Program-made: the position numbers and the translations under genes | The notes under the pieces: model-generated | Seen by the model: the letters and a program-made list of their open reading frames with translations, nothing else | The model's database searches: none | What the model was told of the DNA's origin: nothing | Assembly (NCBI GenBank): GCA_043512555.1 | Contig: CP121333.1 | Span: 2,309,955-2,373,954, forward strand | Source: OM182 bacterium | GTDB lineage: Bacteria > Pseudomonadota > Gammaproteobacteria > Pseudomonadales > Azotimanducaceae | Length of the DNA stretch: 64,000 bases | Reading direction: 5' to 3' | Shown: positions 44,325 to 53,109 of the stretch, one piece after another | Position numbering within the stretch: the stretch's first letter is position 1 | Layout: the number at the start of each line of letters is the position of its first letter

Positions 44325-45123
44325 GTCAACTACCGACGAGTTGCTTGTCGAAACCAAGGGACATATTTGTGTCATCACCCTTAACCGTCCAGAGCGAATG
44401 AATGCGATCAGTCGCGACATGCTGGACCAACTTTCCGCGAAAGTGACAGAAGCGAACAAGGATCCTGATATTCGCTGCATCGTGCTCACGGGCACCGGTC
44501 GCGGTTTCTGCGCCGGGCTTGACCTGGTGGATGTGGGTGCAGGTGGCATTGGCGGTGGTAAGGGCAGCAATCGGCCCAAGCAACTATTTGATCTGCGCGA
44601 TGCGCCTATTAACGTCATGTGGAACATTGATACGCCAATGGTCTGTGGGCTGAATGGGCCTGCTGCGGGTTACGGCATGGACCTCGCGCTGCTGTGCGAC
44701 ATGCGTGTAGCTGGCGAATCCGCAAAAATGGCGGCGGTCACGGCCAAGCGCAACGTTGTACCTGAAAGTGGCGGCACCTGGTTGCTGCCTCGTCTGATCG
44801 GCTGGGCCAAATCATCGGAGCTCTATTTCCGTGGCCGCGTAGTCGGTGCAGAAGAATGTCTTGAGCTTGGTCTGGTCAATACGATCGTACCGGACGACAA
44901 GGTGCTCGAAACGGCGATGGAGTGGGCTGAAGAGATTGCCGAAAATGCACCGATGGCAGTTCAGACCACCAAACGCATGATGCGCATGGGCCTTGAAGAG
45001 TCCTATGACACGGCGGTTGACCATTTGATGGTCCACCTCAACGTCATGTTTCAGAGTGAAGATTTCGAGGAAGGCGTGAAAGCATTTCTTGAGAAGCGAA
45101 AGCCTGAGTTCACCGGTCGGTAG
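44311..45123 (+). CDS. enoyl-CoA hydratase/isomerase family protein
   Basis: ITLNRPERMNA and GTGRGFCAGLDL motifs. Start placed at GTG 44311 after AAAGAGGAAA. The tracked ORF start 44152 lies inside the previous gene. Confidence 0.85.
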   Translation: MAVSESTTDELLVETKGHICVITLNRPERMNAISRDMLDQLSAKVTEANKDPDIRCIVLTGTGRGFCAGLDLVDVGAGGIGGGKGSNRPKQLFDLRDAPINVMWNIDTPMVCGLNGPAAGYGMDLALLCDMRVAGESAKMAAVTAKRNVVPESGGTWLLPRLIGWAKSSELYFRGRVVGAEECLELGLVNTIVPDDKVLETAMEWAEEIAENAPMAVQTTKRMMRMGLEESYDTAVDHLMVHLNVMFQSEDFEEGVKAFLEKRKPEFTGR

Positions 45124-45530
45124 TGATTCAGACACTGACGTGCCCTGTCGACCGACAGGGCATGCACGACATCACGGGCGCGATTGTTCGCATTGTTGAT
45201 AGCGCGCACGTTGGGGAAGGGCTCTGCACACTCTTCATTCGCCACACTTCTGCAAGCCTGTTGATTCAGGAAAACTACGACCCTACCGCGAAGGCGGACC
45301 TCGAAATGTGGTTGAACCGGCTCGTGCCGGAAGATGATCCGGATTTCACGCATCGCCTTGAAGGCCCGGATGATATGCCGGCTCACATCAAGTCGGCATT
45401 AACAGCGACCTCGTTATCAATACCGTTCTCTGACGGTTCTCTTATGCTGGGAACCTGGCAGGGCATATTTCTCTGGGAACATCGTCATGCGCGAGCGCAT
45501 CGAGAAATCGTTGTTCACCTCTCGGCTTAA
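45123..45530 (+). CDS. YjbQ/UPF0047 family protein (secondary thiamine-phosphate synthase enzyme)
   Basis: 135 aa with HTSASLLIQEN and PAHIKSAL motifs. Confidence 0.8.
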   Translation: MIQTLTCPVDRQGMHDITGAIVRIVDSAHVGEGLCTLFIRHTSASLLIQENYDPTAKADLEMWLNRLVPEDDPDFTHRLEGPDDMPAHIKSALTATSLSIPFSDGSLMLGTWQGIFLWEHRHARAHREIVVHLSA

Positions 45531-45559
45531 GTACAGATTAGGTAACGATCGGGAGCAGA

Positions 45560-46906
45560 TTACTCCGCAGGTGGAAGCCTGAGAGTTAGCCCTATGCCAA
45601 GGAGGCCGATGGTGCCCAACAACACAATTACCGTCACCGTGCCGTAGGCCAGGTCCACCAGACCAAAAATGCCGGTCATCATGACCAGAATGCCAATCAC
45701 CGTGTTGGAGACCGCGGTATAGCGGGCGCGATTGTCGCCGGTGGCGATATCGACGAGATAAGTTTTTCGTCCGATTCTCACGCCCTGGTGACTGACTGCA
45801 GCGATGAAGATGATGATTCCCGCAATGGGTGCTGCGCCAAGCACTCCGGGGTTTATCAGCTGAATGAAGACTACAGATGCCATCAGCACTACGCTTAAGC
45901 TACCAGCAACCGCCATTACATAGTGTGACGCCGCGTCGGACCACTTCCCCCAGAAAGATCCTGATACCAGGGCCGCGACACCTTCGGCCAGCATCAGAAC
46001 CCCAAGATCGCCGAAATTAGGCGTCGAGGCACTGCTTTGACGCTGAATCAGGATGACCAGATAGGGGATCGCAATACCAACGGAGATGAGCATGGCGCGC
46101 GCAATGACAAAGGCTCTCAGGGTTTCATCGGATGCCAGCAACTTCACGTTGTCGATCGCTTCCTGAATCGCACTCCCGCCGCCTTCAGTCGCGCCCGGCA
46201 CTTCAGGAATACCAAGATAAATCGTCATGCTGAGCATCCAGAGCGCGGCGGCTGATGCGAGCATCATGATGAAAACAGTACTGTTGCCGTCGAACGCTAT
46301 ACCTAGCTCCATTTTCAGTATGAGCGCGAGCGCAACGCCCAGGATGGCAATCCCCGAGATAGAAGCCGCCAGCCCGTTCAGGCGCCCGCGACGTGATTTG
46401 GAGACGGTTTTCCCCAGTACATCTTTCGATGAAACAGAACAGATACCGCGGCATAGACTGAATGCCGTTAACAGTGTGATGATTGCAAGACCCAGCAAGG
46501 TGCCTTCCAACAACATCACGGCAAAGACCATGCCTATAAGCGCGCCTGCTTGTCCCGCTGCGCCGAGCGCCCAGAATGTTTTTCTCAGGGGGCGCTCACG
46601 AAGATATTTAGCGATAAACAGTTGAGGAACCAAAGACATGGATTCCCTGATCGGAACCAGCAGGGATATAAACAGTGCCGGTGCGCCAAGGGACGACAGC
46701 ATCCATGCCAGCACCAGTCTCGGGCTGACTAGCGCATCAGCGAATTTCGTTAGCGTCTGAGCAGCAAGCTGGCGCGTGAATGCCGCCGGCTGATCGTCGC
46801 AGGCTGCATCCGGAATGTCTCGACACACTCGGCCTTCATCGTCGTTGTCGCCGATGAAGCTGTCGTAGAGCTTCTCTGAAAGCGGGTCGGATTTGGTATT
46901 TCCCAT
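45560..46906 (-). CDS. MFS transporter
   Basis: 448 aa with about 12 hydrophobic helices. Confidence 0.8.
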   Translation of the reverse strand: MGNTKSDPLSEKLYDSFIGDNDDEGRVCRDIPDAACDDQPAAFTRQLAAQTLTKFADALVSPRLVLAWMLSSLGAPALFISLLVPIRESMSLVPQLFIAKYLRERPLRKTFWALGAAGQAGALIGMVFAVMLLEGTLLGLAIITLLTAFSLCRGICSVSSKDVLGKTVSKSRRGRLNGLAASISGIAILGVALALILKMELGIAFDGNSTVFIMMLASAAALWMLSMTIYLGIPEVPGATEGGGSAIQEAIDNVKLLASDETLRAFVIARAMLISVGIAIPYLVILIQRQSSASTPNFGDLGVLMLAEGVAALVSGSFWGKWSDAASHYVMAVAGSLSVVLMASVVFIQLINPGVLGAAPIAGIIIFIAAVSHQGVRIGRKTYLVDIATGDNRARYTAVSNTVIGILVMMTGIFGLVDLAYGTVTVIVLLGTIGLLGIGLTLRLPPAE

Positions 46907-47034
46907 GGCTGTACTACGTCTTAAGGGTCAATAAAGATTATTTCTGAGACACCAACAAAGTTCTGTAACCTTTCTCTGTTGATCTGGTCTTAATCTGATG
47001 CGTATTTACTGGTATAGCAAAAACGGAGGCTAAC

Positions 47035-48378
47035 ATGCCAAAGAAGCAGGATTACATTGATGAGTTTCTGGATTGGGTGCAGGAGCGTAATGCCGGCCAG
47101 GAAGAGTATCTGCAGGCTGTCAGGGAGATCGTCCACGACATCAGTGACGCGGCGACAGTAGAGCAGATTCACACAGAGAAACTGTTTCATCGTATGGCGG
47201 AGCCCGATCGAATCATCTCATTTCGCGTTGCCTGGGAAGACGATAAGCACAATGTGCAGGTCAATCGGGGCTGGCGCGTGCAGCATAGCAATGCGATTGG
47301 TCCCTACAAAGGTGGATTGAGATTTCACCCCACAGTGAACGAAAGCGTTCTGAAGTTTCTGGCGTTTGAACAGATGTTCAAGAACGCGCTTACAGGCCTG
47401 CATATTGGTGGAGGTAAGGGCGGATCGGACTTTGACCCAAGGGGGCGGTCTGATCGGGAAATCATGCGCTTCTGCGTTGCGTTTATGAATGAGCTTTATC
47501 GCTATATTGGTGATGACGTTGATGTGCCGGCTGGCGACATCAATGTGGGCGCTCGTGAGATTGGATTTCTGTTCGGTCAGTATCGCCGGCTTGCTAACAA
47601 TTTTTCAGGGGCGCTTACCGGTAAGGATCTGGAGTTCGGCGGTAGCCCGGTGCGCACAGAGGCAACGGGTTTCGGCCTTGTGTACTTCCTTGAGCAGATG
47701 CTGTCCTACCAGGGTGACAAAATAGAAGGGAAGCGAGTAACAGTATCCGGTGCGGGTAATGTCGCGCTGCATGCCGCGTTGAAGGTGGCTGAACATGGTG
47801 GTGAGGTTATCTCATTGTCCAATAGCAAAGGCTCGCTGTATGTAAAAGGAGGCATCAGCGGCGCCGATCTGCGCAAGATGATTGATGCTAATTCCGATTC
47901 AATGCAGGCCATGAAAGCGATTGCCTCGGCCGAGGGTGGTAGCTTCAGGGAAGGCAAAAGCCCGTGGGATCTCAAGTGTGATATAGCACTGCCGTGTGCT
48001 ACGCAGAATGAGCTGGATGGGAAAGATGCGGAGCGCCTCATTAGAAATGGCTGTCGGTATGTCGCCGAGGGGGCCAACATGCCAACCACTGAATCGGCCA
48101 TTGAAGTGTTTGAGAAGGCAGCAGTGCTGCATGCGCCTGGCAAGGCGTCCAACGCGGGTGGTGTCGCGCTGTCGACGCTGGAGATGGGCCAGAATGCCGG
48201 TTTCAAGCCGATGGAATTCACGGTGCTTGATAACGAGCTCAGGGACATCATGCGAGGGATCCATCGGCAGTGTGTGAAACACGGAGAAGATGGCGACTTT
48301 GTGAACTATCGACTAGGCGCTAATCGAGCGGCGTTCAAACGACTGTCGCGCGCGTTTCTAAATCAGGGCGTGAATTAG
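47035..48378 (+). CDS. gdhA: NADP-specific glutamate dehydrogenase
   Basis: GPYKGGLRFHP and GGGKGG motifs, 447 aa. GGAGG lies before the ATG. Confidence 0.92.
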   Translation: MPKKQDYIDEFLDWVQERNAGQEEYLQAVREIVHDISDAATVEQIHTEKLFHRMAEPDRIISFRVAWEDDKHNVQVNRGWRVQHSNAIGPYKGGLRFHPTVNESVLKFLAFEQMFKNALTGLHIGGGKGGSDFDPRGRSDREIMRFCVAFMNELYRYIGDDVDVPAGDINVGAREIGFLFGQYRRLANNFSGALTGKDLEFGGSPVRTEATGFGLVYFLEQMLSYQGDKIEGKRVTVSGAGNVALHAALKVAEHGGEVISLSNSKGSLYVKGGISGADLRKMIDANSDSMQAMKAIASAEGGSFREGKSPWDLKCDIALPCATQNELDGKDAERLIRNGCRYVAEGANMPTTESAIEVFEKAAVLHAPGKASNAGGVALSTLEMGQNAGFKPMEFTVLDNELRDIMRGIHRQCVKHGEDGDFVNYRLGANRAAFKRLSRAFLNQGVN

Positions 48379-48407
48379 TCGAACAGTTTAGTCGATCGTA
48401 GAAAAAA

Positions 48408-48434
48408 GAAAGGCCCGCTCAAAGCGGGCCTTTC
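48408..48434. terminator. bidirectional intrinsic terminator between convergent gdhA and the aldehyde dehydrogenase gene
   Basis: GAAAGGCCCGC-tcaaa-GCGGGCCTTTC, flanked by A6 on the left and a T-rich run on the right. Confidence 0.8.
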
Positions 48435-48479
48435 TCTTCGTGGTAGGGCGCTGACTGAAGAGTCGCTAACGTAGCCAGT

Positions 48480-49889
48480 TCACGACGCCTTCTTGTAAGG
48501 CGGTCGCATGGCGGCGGCGAGTTTCGATACCGTCTTGGATTGGCTAAAGATGGACTTCGCATGGGAGAAGTTCTTGAAGCCATCGTATCCGTGATAAGAG
48601 CCCATACCGCTCGGTCCGACACCGCCGAAGGGCAGGTCTTCCTGGGCAACGTGCATGATGACGTCGTTGACGGTCACACCACCCGATGTCGTACGGGTCA
48701 GTACTTCTTTTTCTTCGGCAGAATCCTGACCGAAGTAGTAAAGGCCCAGAGGGCGGTCCCTGCCGTTTACGTAGTTAATCGTCTCGTTTACATCGTTGTA
48801 TTGCTTGACGGGCAAGAGTGGCCCAAAGATCTCATCCTGCATGATCTGCATGTCGTCAGTCGGATCAAGAACCAGCGTCGGTGGAATGCGGTGGTGCTGC
48901 TGCTGCGAGAAGTCCTCGCCAGCAGGGTTAAGCTCAACGACGTTAGCGCCTTTTTCTTTTGCGTCTTCGAGGTAGCCGTTCAGGCGATCAAAGTGACGTT
49001 CGTTGACGATAGATGTGTAGTCCGGGTTGTCCTTGATATCCGGAAACATCTTGGCAACTGAGTTGCGAGCGTGTTCAACGAATTCATCTTTGCTTTCTTC
49101 AGGCAGGAATACATAGTCCGGTGCGAGACAGATCTGGCCAGCATTCATGGTTTTACCTGCCATGATGTTCGTTGCTGCCAGTTCCATATCAGCGGACCGA
49201 CCGATGATGACCGGTGACTTACCACCGAGTTCCAGGGTCAGCGGTACCAGATTTTCTGCTGCTGCTCTCATGACATGCTTGGCAATCGATGTGGCGCCGG
49301 TAAACAGCATGTGATCGAAGGGTAGTCGTGAGAAGGCGCCGCCAACATCCGGTCCGCCGGTGCACACAGCCACTTCATCTTCATCAAACTTCGCAGCAAA
49401 CAATTCTTTCATCAGTTCTGATGTTTGCGCTGTGAACTCAGACGGCTTGATCATCGTGCGGTTGCCTGCTGCAAACACGCCGGCAAGCGGGGAAAAAGTA
49501 AGCTGGACCGGGAAATTCCATGGGCTGATGCAGCCTACTACGCCGAGTGGCTGGTATTCGATCCGGCCACGAGCGCCAAAGATGCCGAGCGGGAACATCA
49601 CCTTGCGGCGTTCCGGGCGCATCCATCTGCGTACATTCTTCTTGGCGTGCTCGAGCGGGCCGATCGCGCCGTCGATATCAGTCATTTTTGATTGATCCAT
49701 TGAGCGGTGGCCAAAGTCTGCTGCCATGGCCTCACATAGCTTAGGGCCATTGTTTTTCAGGATGTCGATTGCTCGATCGATCCGATCAATGCGTGTTTCG
49801 GCGGATACTTCGCCTTCTGCGAGATACGCCTGCTTCTGTCGATCCAGAATCGCCTGCATATCGGCCTGGGTAAGTTCTGCGTTAGCCAT
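48480..49889 (-). CDS. aldehyde dehydrogenase family protein (coniferyl-aldehyde-DH-like)
   Basis: ELGGKSP and QICLAPDY (catalytic Cys region) motifs, 469 aa. Confidence 0.9.
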   Translation of the reverse strand: MANAELTQADMQAILDRQKQAYLAEGEVSAETRIDRIDRAIDILKNNGPKLCEAMAADFGHRSMDQSKMTDIDGAIGPLEHAKKNVRRWMRPERRKVMFPLGIFGARGRIEYQPLGVVGCISPWNFPVQLTFSPLAGVFAAGNRTMIKPSEFTAQTSELMKELFAAKFDEDEVAVCTGGPDVGGAFSRLPFDHMLFTGATSIAKHVMRAAAENLVPLTLELGGKSPVIIGRSADMELAATNIMAGKTMNAGQICLAPDYVFLPEESKDEFVEHARNSVAKMFPDIKDNPDYTSIVNERHFDRLNGYLEDAKEKGANVVELNPAGEDFSQQQHHRIPPTLVLDPTDDMQIMQDEIFGPLLPVKQYNDVNETINYVNGRDRPLGLYYFGQDSAEEKEVLTRTTSGGVTVNDVIMHVAQEDLPFGGVGPSGMGSYHGYDGFKNFSHAKSIFSQSKTVSKLAAAMRPPYKKAS

Positions 49890-49973
49890 TTGAGTCCTCT
49901 CAAGGTCGCTCGAAAAAGAAAGGGGCAGAGTTTATCAGTCTTGTACAAGGCTTCCTATTGCCCGCCTGGTTAG

Positions 49974-50540
49974 TCAATCTTTGTTCAGATCTTCGGGAAT
50001 TACAGCGTAAAGATGGGCATCGTGAGCCTTGCCGTGAAGCATGAGTCGGTTCTTCATTCGGCCCTCGTACTGGCCACCTGCGGCCTCTGCGACCTGTTGG
50101 CTGGCGCCGTTTTCTACCGACATCACGATCTCGATACGCTGCAGGTCAAGGTGGGCGAAGGCAAATTGAAGCAGCCCCTTTGTCGCCTCGGTGGCAATTC
50201 CCTGGCCTGTTGCGCTGGATCGGATCCAGTAGCCCAGATTGCCAACCGGATGTTCGTCGATAAGGTTGATACCACAGCCTCCAAAATAATCGTTGCCATC
50301 ATGGCTGAAGATACCAAAGCTGAAACCTTCTCCTTTGGCCCAGTTTTCCTGGGTTATCTCCAGCCACTTTCTTGAATCTTCAATGTCGTAGTCAGGATGG
50401 CACCAGGGCAGGAATCTGAACACCTCACTGATGGATGCTCGAGCAGCCTGATAAAGGCTTTGTTCATCGCCCTGCTGGTAGCGGCGTATGAGAAGACGAG
50501 ATGTCTCGAAGCGGGTTGGAATCTTCTCCGAAAGGTTCAA
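49974..50540 (-). CDS. GNAT family N-acetyltransferase (RimJ/RimL-like)
   Basis: TSRLLIRRY N-terminus and QGIATEA acetyl-CoA loop. The TTG start overlaps the stop of the upstream gene. Confidence 0.75.
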   Translation of the reverse strand: MNLSEKIPTRFETSRLLIRRYQQGDEQSLYQAARASISEVFRFLPWCHPDYDIEDSRKWLEITQENWAKGEGFSFGIFSHDGNDYFGGCGINLIDEHPVGNLGYWIRSSATGQGIATEATKGLLQFAFAHLDLQRIEIVMSVENGASQQVAEAAGGQYEGRMKNRLMLHGKAHDAHLYAVIPEDLNKD

Positions 50541-51898
50541 GCGAATTCCACAGTGGTATAGGTGAACACTTCAGTGTTCTGGTTCCAGCCGTCGGGGTGC
50601 AGGCCGGCCTTACGGCGGAGCTCCCGAACGAACTGGCCGGGATCTGGTAGCTGCGTCCATACTGATGGCAGGTAGGTTGACTGCCTGGCGCCTTCTTTAA
50701 TGATCAGACCGTCGATACCAGGACGAAGCGCCTGTTCCAGAGCGCTGCGCGAATCCACCAGCAGGGGCGTTGGTTTGCTCAGTATTGAAATGTGCACATC
50801 GAGCTGTTGGTATTCTTCGTGGCTGACCGCTCGGAACCTCGGATCCTTGAAGGCAGCTGCCTGGGCATTGTGAGCAACATCCAGAACCAGCGGGCGATGC
50901 GCGGTCAGAGACCCGATACAACCACGCAGCTGACCGTCGATGTTAAGCGTGACAAAGCTGGCGCGCTCTTCTTTGATGTGTGACTGAAAGCGGTCGAGGT
51001 TGAGATTGAATCGTTCTTCTCCTTCAAGCGGGCTGCGGATCGCTTCTCGAGCCAGTTGCAGCAGCGTTTGTCTCTCAGCCAGAGACCAGGACTCCTGCGC
51101 CGCAACCTTCTTCTCGCCGCTGATGGCCCATGCGCCATAACCGACGACCCGGCTGTGGTCACCCGCGGTATCACCGGAATTGCTGACCTCGACAGTGCTC
51201 ACGTCCATACCGTTTCGTTTCAGATGGTGCAGCAGTCCATTAATCGCTCTGCTGCCGCAGGCTTCCTGACCGATCAGACTCGAATCCAGTTGCTCTATCT
51301 TGCGGCAGGTGTTGGCATCGGTGCGCCGGGCTTGCTCGTAGGGCAGGTAGTGGCTGAGGTCAGTGCTGATAACGATCAGTGTGTCATCTTCGCCCCAGAG
51401 TGCACCGACTACATCGGCGACTTCTTCGCGACTAGCATCACCGACCACAACCGGTACCAGATCAAAGTCATCGATGACCCGTTGAAGAAACGGCAGATGA
51501 ACTTCAAGGCTATGTTCTTCGGCGTGCGCATCATCTCGATAGTGAACGGCGTGATGGCCTGCGATGCGGGATATCCGGTCCTTGGCCAGCGGGATATCAC
51601 CTAGCGGTGTGCGGAAGCTGGCAGAATAGGGTACTGCCATACCTTCAAATGCCACGCGATGAGACGGCCCAAGCAACACAACATGTTTGATCCTGGCATG
51701 GGCAGGCGAGAGCAGGCGATAGGCGCTACCGGCAACAGGGCCCGAGTAGGCATAGCCGGCATGGGGTGCAATCAGCGCTTTGGGTGCCTCAGAGGGAACC
51801 GGGTTACCTTCAAGATAGGTGTCGATCAGCGAGCTGAGAGCGACCGGATCATTCGGGTAGAATGTACCAGCAACGGCAGGTTCTCTTACAGCTTCCAT
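50537..51898 (-). CDS. AmmeMemoRadiSam system fusion protein: protein B (MEMO-like) N-terminal half plus protein A (AMMECR1) C-terminal half
   Basis: VAGTFYP..APHAGY..GPSH (MEMO-type) in the N-terminal half. LRGCIGS and later AMMECR1-like sequence in the C-terminal half. 453 aa. Confidence 0.8.
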   Translation of the reverse strand: MEAVREPAVAGTFYPNDPVALSSLIDTYLEGNPVPSEAPKALIAPHAGYAYSGPVAGSAYRLLSPAHARIKHVVLLGPSHRVAFEGMAVPYSASFRTPLGDIPLAKDRISRIAGHHAVHYRDDAHAEEHSLEVHLPFLQRVIDDFDLVPVVVGDASREEVADVVGALWGEDDTLIVISTDLSHYLPYEQARRTDANTCRKIEQLDSSLIGQEACGSRAINGLLHHLKRNGMDVSTVEVSNSGDTAGDHSRVVGYGAWAISGEKKVAAQESWSLAERQTLLQLAREAIRSPLEGEERFNLNLDRFQSHIKEERASFVTLNIDGQLRGCIGSLTAHRPLVLDVAHNAQAAAFKDPRFRAVSHEEYQQLDVHISILSKPTPLLVDSRSALEQALRPGIDGLIIKEGARQSTYLPSVWTQLPDPGQFVRELRRKAGLHPDGWNQNTEVFTYTTVEFA

Positions 51899-51939
51899 GG
51901 ATTGGCAGCGCCTGAAAATGATTGGGCATTGTAATTTTA

Positions 51940-53109
51940 ATGAGGGATGAAACCAACATCACAACCACTGACATCACAAAATGGGACTGGTCCGACAGCG
52001 GTCAAGCGGGCAAAGGCGCTTCAACTATCGCAACACCTGTCGCTTCAACAAAAGGAAAGTATTTCCATCAGCTTGAAGATGGCCGGGTGCAATGCGATCT
52101 CTGTCCTCGATTCTGCAAGTTGCGTGAAGGGCAGCGAGGCCTTTGCTTTGTCCGCGCCTGCGAGCAGGGTGAAGTTCGGCTGACGAGCTACGGCCGCTCA
52201 AGCGGATTCTGTATCGACCCCATTGAGAAGAAACCGCTGAATCATTTCCTGCCGGGAACCCCGGTTCTCTCATTCGGCACCGCAGGGTGCAATCTTGCCT
52301 GCAAATTCTGTCAGAACTGGGACATCAGCAAATCCCGCGAAATGGACAGCCTGGCAGATCAGGCATCGCCGGAAGCGCTGGCCAAAGCGGCGGTCGAGTC
52401 CGGTGCTCGCAGTATCGCTTTTACTTATAACGATCCGGTAATCTTCCATGAGTATGCCGTTGATGCCGCCCAGGCTGCGCGTGCGCAGGGTGTGAATTCA
52501 GTCGCGGTTACGGCGGGATATGTCTGTCCCGAGCCCAGGGCGGCGTTTTTTCAGCACATGGACGCGGCCAATATCGACTTGAAGGCATTTACCGAACGCT
52601 TTTATCACAAGGTCTGCGGTGGCCATCTGGCCCCGGTGCTAGATACGCTGATGTTCCTGAAGCATGAAACCAGCGTCTGGTTCGAGATCACGACGCTCCT
52701 GATACCGGGTGAGAATGACTCTGATGCGGAACTCGAGTCAATGACATCCTGGATTGCCGGGAACCTGGGCAGCGATGTCCCGCTGCACTTTTCTGCGTTC
52801 CACCCCGACTACCGCATGCGTGATCTGCCGAATACGCCGCCAGAGACACTCTCCCGTGCCCGAAACATCGCCATGTCTGCTGGCTTGCAGTTTGTTTACA
52901 CGGGCAATGTGCATGATCCGACGGGTGGTTCGACCTATTGTCCCGGGTGTGAGCGACCCTTGATCGAGCGGGACTGGTACGAGCTTGGCGAATGGCACCT
53001 TGACAGCCAGTCCTGCTGTTCTCATTGTGGTACCTGGATCGCGGGTGTGTTCGATGAACAGCCCGGTGATTGGGGTCGGCAACGTCAAATTGTCAGAATC
53101 AGAGAGTAG
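51940..53109 (+). CDS. AmmeMemoRadiSam system radical SAM enzyme
   Basis: CNLACKFCQNWD (CxxxCxxC) plus N- and C-terminal Cys clusters (CDLCPRFC, CPGC..CSHCG). Start at ATG 51940 (TTG 51922 is possible). Confidence 0.85.
   Translation: MRDETNITTTDITKWDWSDSGQAGKGASTIATPVASTKGKYFHQLEDGRVQCDLCPRFCKLREGQRGLCFVRACEQGEVRLTSYGRSSGFCIDPIEKKPLNHFLPGTPVLSFGTAGCNLACKFCQNWDISKSREMDSLADQASPEALAKAAVESGARSIAFTYNDPVIFHEYAVDAAQAARAQGVNSVAVTAGYVCPEPRAAFFQHMDAANIDLKAFTERFYHKVCGGHLAPVLDTLMFLKHETSVWFEITTLLIPGENDSDAELESMTSWIAGNLGSDVPLHFSAFHPDYRMRDLPNTPPETLSRARNIAMSAGLQFVYTGNVHDPTGGSTYCPGCERPLIERDWYELGEWHLDSQSCCSHCGTWIAGVFDEQPGDWGRQRQIVRIRE

Noticed and set aside
52985-53053. Tracked non-ATG start of the large cyclase-like ORF deep inside the radical SAM gene.
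   Set aside because: ATG 53054 or GTG 53114 gives a shorter or no overlap. The exact start remains uncertain.
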